In this document: positions 61,099-64,000 of the stretch, in pieces | Layout of the letters: each line of letters opens with the position of its first letter | Position numbering within the stretch: position 1 is the stretch's first letter | Origin: an uncultured Bacillales bacterium | Lineage (GTDB): Bacteria; Bacillota_I; Bacilli_A; RF39; UBA660 | Length of the DNA: 64,000 bases | Direction: 5' to 3' | Assembly: GCA_905206805.1 (NCBI GenBank) | Contig: CAJLIR010000003.1 | Span: forward strand, 16,063-80,062 | Translations under genes and position numbers: made by a program | The notes under the pieces: model-generated | What the model saw: the letters and a program-made list of their open reading frames with translations, nothing else | What the model was told of the DNA's origin: nothing | Database searches by the model: none

Positions 61099-62661
61099 AT
61101 GGAAAAGAAAAAATTTTATATTGCAACAGCAATCGCGTACACTTCTGCAAAACCACATTTAGGAAATACTTATGAAATTGTCTTAGCTGATGCGATAGCT
61201 CGTTACAAAAGATTAACAGGATACGATGTATATTTTCAAACAGGAACAGATGAACATGGTCAAAAAATAGAGGAAAAAGCTATTCAAAATAATAAAGAAC
61301 CACAGGAATATGTAGATGAAATGTCACTTGAAGTTAGAAGAATATGGGATTCTATGAACACAAGTTATGATAAATTTGTACGTACAACTTCCCCTAGTCA
61401 CGAAAAAGTTGTTGAAAAAGTATTTAAAAAATTATATGATCAAGGTGATATATATAAAGGATTCTATGAAGGTTTATATTGTACACCATGTGAGTCATTT
61501 TTTACTGAATCACAACTTGTAGATGGATTATGTCCTGATTGCGGAAGAGAAGTACATAGTGAAAAAGAAGAAGCATATTTTTTTAAATTAAGTAACTATA
61601 CAAAACGTTTAGAACAATACCTAGATGAACACCCAGATTTTATTGAACCAATTTCTAGAAAAAATGAAATTGTCAATAATTTTATAAAACCAGGAGTTCA
61701 AGATTTATGTGTTTCAAGAACAACATTCAAATGGGGAATACCAGTTAGCTTTGATCCAAAACACGTAGTATATGTTTGGCTTGATGCGTTACTAAACTAT
61801 ATTACATTTTTAGGATATGATATAGATTCAGAATCAGAAGAATTTAAAAAATACTGGCCTTGTGATTTACATTTAATAGGAAAAGATATTTTGCGTTTTC
61901 ATACAATTTATTGGCCAATTATTCTAATGGCACTAGATTTACCATTACCTAAAAAAATATTTGGACATCCTTGGTTATTATTTGGAAATGATAAAATGAG
62001 TAAATCAAAAGGAAATATTGTTTATGCCGATTCTCTAGCAAGCATTTTTGGAGTAGATGCGGTAAGATATTATTTATTACATGAAATACCATATTCTAAT
62101 GATGGAAATTATACTAATGAATTACTAATTGAAAGATATAATTCAGATTTAGCAAATGTTTTAGGAAATTTGGTCAATAGAACAATAAGTATGGCTCATA
62201 AATATTTTAATGGTGAAGTATTAGAACCAAATTGTAAAGAAAATATTGATGATGAGTTAATTAACTTAGTACTTAATGCTAATAACATTGTAGAAGAAAA
62301 AATGAATAGCTATCACGTTGCAGAAGCAATTGACGCAATTTTTGATATTTTTAAAAGATCAAACAAATATATAGATGAAACAACACCTTGGATTTTAGCT
62401 AAAGATGAAAGCAAAAAAGATAGACTTGCAACTGTAATTTACAATATTCTAGAATCAATTCGTCACGGTGCAGTGTTGTTGCAAGCATTTTTACCTGAAA
62501 CGTCTAAACAAATATTTCATCAGTTAAATACACAAAATAATCAATATGAATCTATTAAAGATTTTAATGGAATGGATATTGGAATTCATTTAAACGAGGC
62601 TCATCCATTATTTGAAAGAATAGATAAAAATGACATATTAGACAAAATAACGACAAAATAA
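61099..62661 (+). CDS. metG: methionine--tRNA ligase
   Basis: HLGNTYE is the class I HIGH motif and KMSKSKGN is the KMSKS motif; zinc-knuckle cysteines are present. 520 aa. Confidence 0.9.
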   Translation: MEKKKFYIATAIAYTSAKPHLGNTYEIVLADAIARYKRLTGYDVYFQTGTDEHGQKIEEKAIQNNKEPQEYVDEMSLEVRRIWDSMNTSYDKFVRTTSPSHEKVVEKVFKKLYDQGDIYKGFYEGLYCTPCESFFTESQLVDGLCPDCGREVHSEKEEAYFFKLSNYTKRLEQYLDEHPDFIEPISRKNEIVNNFIKPGVQDLCVSRTTFKWGIPVSFDPKHVVYVWLDALLNYITFLGYDIDSESEEFKKYWPCDLHLIGKDILRFHTIYWPIILMALDLPLPKKIFGHPWLLFGNDKMSKSKGNIVYADSLASIFGVDAVRYYLLHEIPYSNDGNYTNELLIERYNSDLANVLGNLVNRTISMAHKYFNGEVLEPNCKENIDDELINLVLNANNIVEEKMNSYHVAEAIDAIFDIFKRSNKYIDETTPWILAKDESKKDRLATVIYNILESIRHGAVLLQAFLPETSKQIFHQLNTQNNQYESIKDFNGMDIGIHLNEAHPLFERIDKNDILDKITTK

Positions 62662-62783
62662 AATATAAATTTTATGTAAAATGATGTAAAATGTCGATAA
62701 CAAAACGCAAATAATGTTTGAAATATATAATAAAAATTGGTATAGTAAATATGTTGTCTAAAAAAGAATAGAAGAGGGATAGA

Positions 62784-62948
62784 ATGATAGAAAAAGGAAA
62801 ACAACATAAAGTAATATTATTACCTTATGCTGTACTATTTTTATTAATATTAGGTAGTGTTTTAGTTGATTTTAAAATTATAGATATCTTATACCTATTT
62901 GCTTTAATACTATTTTTGGTTAAATATTTACGTATTAAACATAGTTAA
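62784..62948 (+). CDS. small membrane peptide (54 aa), hypothetical
   Basis: RBS AGAGGGA, one long hydrophobic segment. Below the ORF-track cutoff. Confidence 0.25.
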   Translation: MIEKGKQHKVILLPYAVLFLLILGSVLVDFKIIDILYLFALILFLVKYLRIKHS

Positions 62949-63045
62949 AAAGGTAATTTTATTAAAAGATAATTAAAAATTTTATTGTACAAAGTCATAG
63001 TAAAAACTATGATTTTTTGTTATACTTAATACAAGAGGTGATAAT

Positions 63046-63795
63046 ATGATAATTGACTCACATTGTCATTTAAGTCATAACGATTACGAAAATGTAGAAC
63101 AAATAATAAAAAATATGGAAGGAAATATAATGATTGCTAGTGGAGCAGATGCTGAATCCAATAAAGATGTAGTAAGTTTATGCAAAAATTATAATAATAT
63201 ATATGGAGTAATAGGAATTCATCCAACAGAGATAACAAACAACATAGAAGACGATTTAAAATATATAGAGAAACATATTAATGATAAACATATAGTTGGT
63301 ATTGGTGAAATTGGTCTAGATTATCATTATGAATGTGATAAAGATTTGCAAAAAAAGATTTTTATTAGACAAATAAGAATAGCTAAAAAATATAATAAAC
63401 CAATTGTTATTCATACTAGGGACGCTATTAAGGATACTTATGATATTTTAGAAAGCGAATTAGCTTATGATGTGCCTATTTATATACATTGTTTTTCAGA
63501 AAGCCTAGAAATGGCCAAACTATTTGTAAAAAAAGGTGCAAAATTAGGAGTTGGGGGTATTGTAACCTTTAAAAACGCAAAAAAAATAGTAGAGGTTGTA
63601 GAAAATATTTCGCTTGAACATATATTATTAGAGACAGATAGTCCGTATTTAGCGCCAGTTCCACTAAGAGGAACTAAAAACGAACCGAAAAATGTTTATT
63701 TAGTTGCACAAAAAATTGCGGAATTAAAAAATATGAGTATAGAGAAAGTCATAGCTACAACTACTGCTAATTCTAAGTCACAATTTGACTTATAA
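63046..63795 (+). CDS. tatD: TatD-family metal-dependent DNase/hydrolase
   Basis: MIIDSHCHL (the HxH of the TIM-barrel metal site), plus later GEIGLDY and ETDSPY blocks. Confidence 0.85.
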   Translation: MIIDSHCHLSHNDYENVEQIIKNMEGNIMIASGADAESNKDVVSLCKNYNNIYGVIGIHPTEITNNIEDDLKYIEKHINDKHIVGIGEIGLDYHYECDKDLQKKIFIRQIRIAKKYNKPIVIHTRDAIKDTYDILESELAYDVPIYIHCFSESLEMAKLFVKKGAKLGVGGIVTFKNAKKIVEVVENISLEHILLETDSPYLAPVPLRGTKNEPKNVYLVAQKIAELKNMSIEKVIATTTANSKSQFDL

Positions 63796-63845
63796 TGAAT
63801 AGTATGTTATAATTTCTTTAGCACTTGCAACAAATTGAGGTGAAA

Positions 63846-64000
63846 TATGAATATATTTTTAATACAAGTAATTGGTAACTTTGTAAACTTTTTAACAGTA
63901 ACAATATTATCATTATTTGGAATGTTAAATAGTGTTGATACTGAAATTAAAAATTCCGATGTAACAAAAAATTCATACATCGAAAATCAAACAATAAATT
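63846..64000 (+). CDS. hypothetical protein, 3'-truncated by window edge
   Basis: ORF with RBS TGAGGTGA, open to the window end. Confidence 0.3.

Noticed and set aside
1-64000. Possible CRISPR array or spacer-repeat structure
   Set aside because: No series of regularly spaced 25-40-bp repeats was found. The only regular tandem repeats are 273-bp coding repeats in the adhesin gene and short promoter repeats.

Overview
This is a low-GC (about 27% GC) Firmicutes-type chromosomal segment that uses TGA as a stop codon, so it is not a Mycoplasma-type code. The left edge carries conserved housekeeping genes: a 5'-truncated mnmG, rsmG, a ParB/Noc-like gene and mscL. These are followed by about 4.7 kb of decayed accessory DNA containing a frameshifted GT2 glycosyltransferase, an EEP-family nuclease/phosphatase, an SGNH-like protein, and two diverged 5' fragments of uvrB. 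The centre of the window is an integrative conjugative element (ICE) of about 36.5 kb, spanning roughly 9230..45694. It is bounded by a perfect 25-bp direct repeat (AATTTGTGGCTGAAATTCGTATCCA) and inserted immediately upstream of an intact uvrB. The ICE encodes partition/establishment functions (ParA, ParB, SSB, HU, a Toprim primase-like protein and ArdC). It also carries a thioester-domain (TQXA) Cna-B-repeat adhesin with a dedicated sortase, a MobC plus relaxase pair, and a Gram-positive T4SS (VirD4, VirB4, VirB6-like, CHAP-type hydrolase, VirB3-like). A cargo operon follows: lipoprotein, two MacB-type fused ABC transporters, a small secreted Cys-containing protein and a signal peptidase I. 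The right arm of the element holds regulators, a MazF-family toxin, an excisionase and two tandem tyrosine integrases. Downstream of the ICE is ordinary core genome: uvrB, lgt, trxB, yvcK, whiA, a DHH phosphoesterase, rplI, dnaB, an M23 peptidase, walJ-like, rlmH, CBS-PPase, a SpoVT-like gene, a T-box leader with dut and metG, and tatD. No rRNA, tRNA or CRISPR was seen. The most interesting signals are the uvrB-upstream integration hotspot with repeated uvrB 5' pseudo-copies, the tandem integrases, a conserved stop-in-Shine-Dalgarno coupling junction reused through the ICE transfer operon, and the cargo secretion module.
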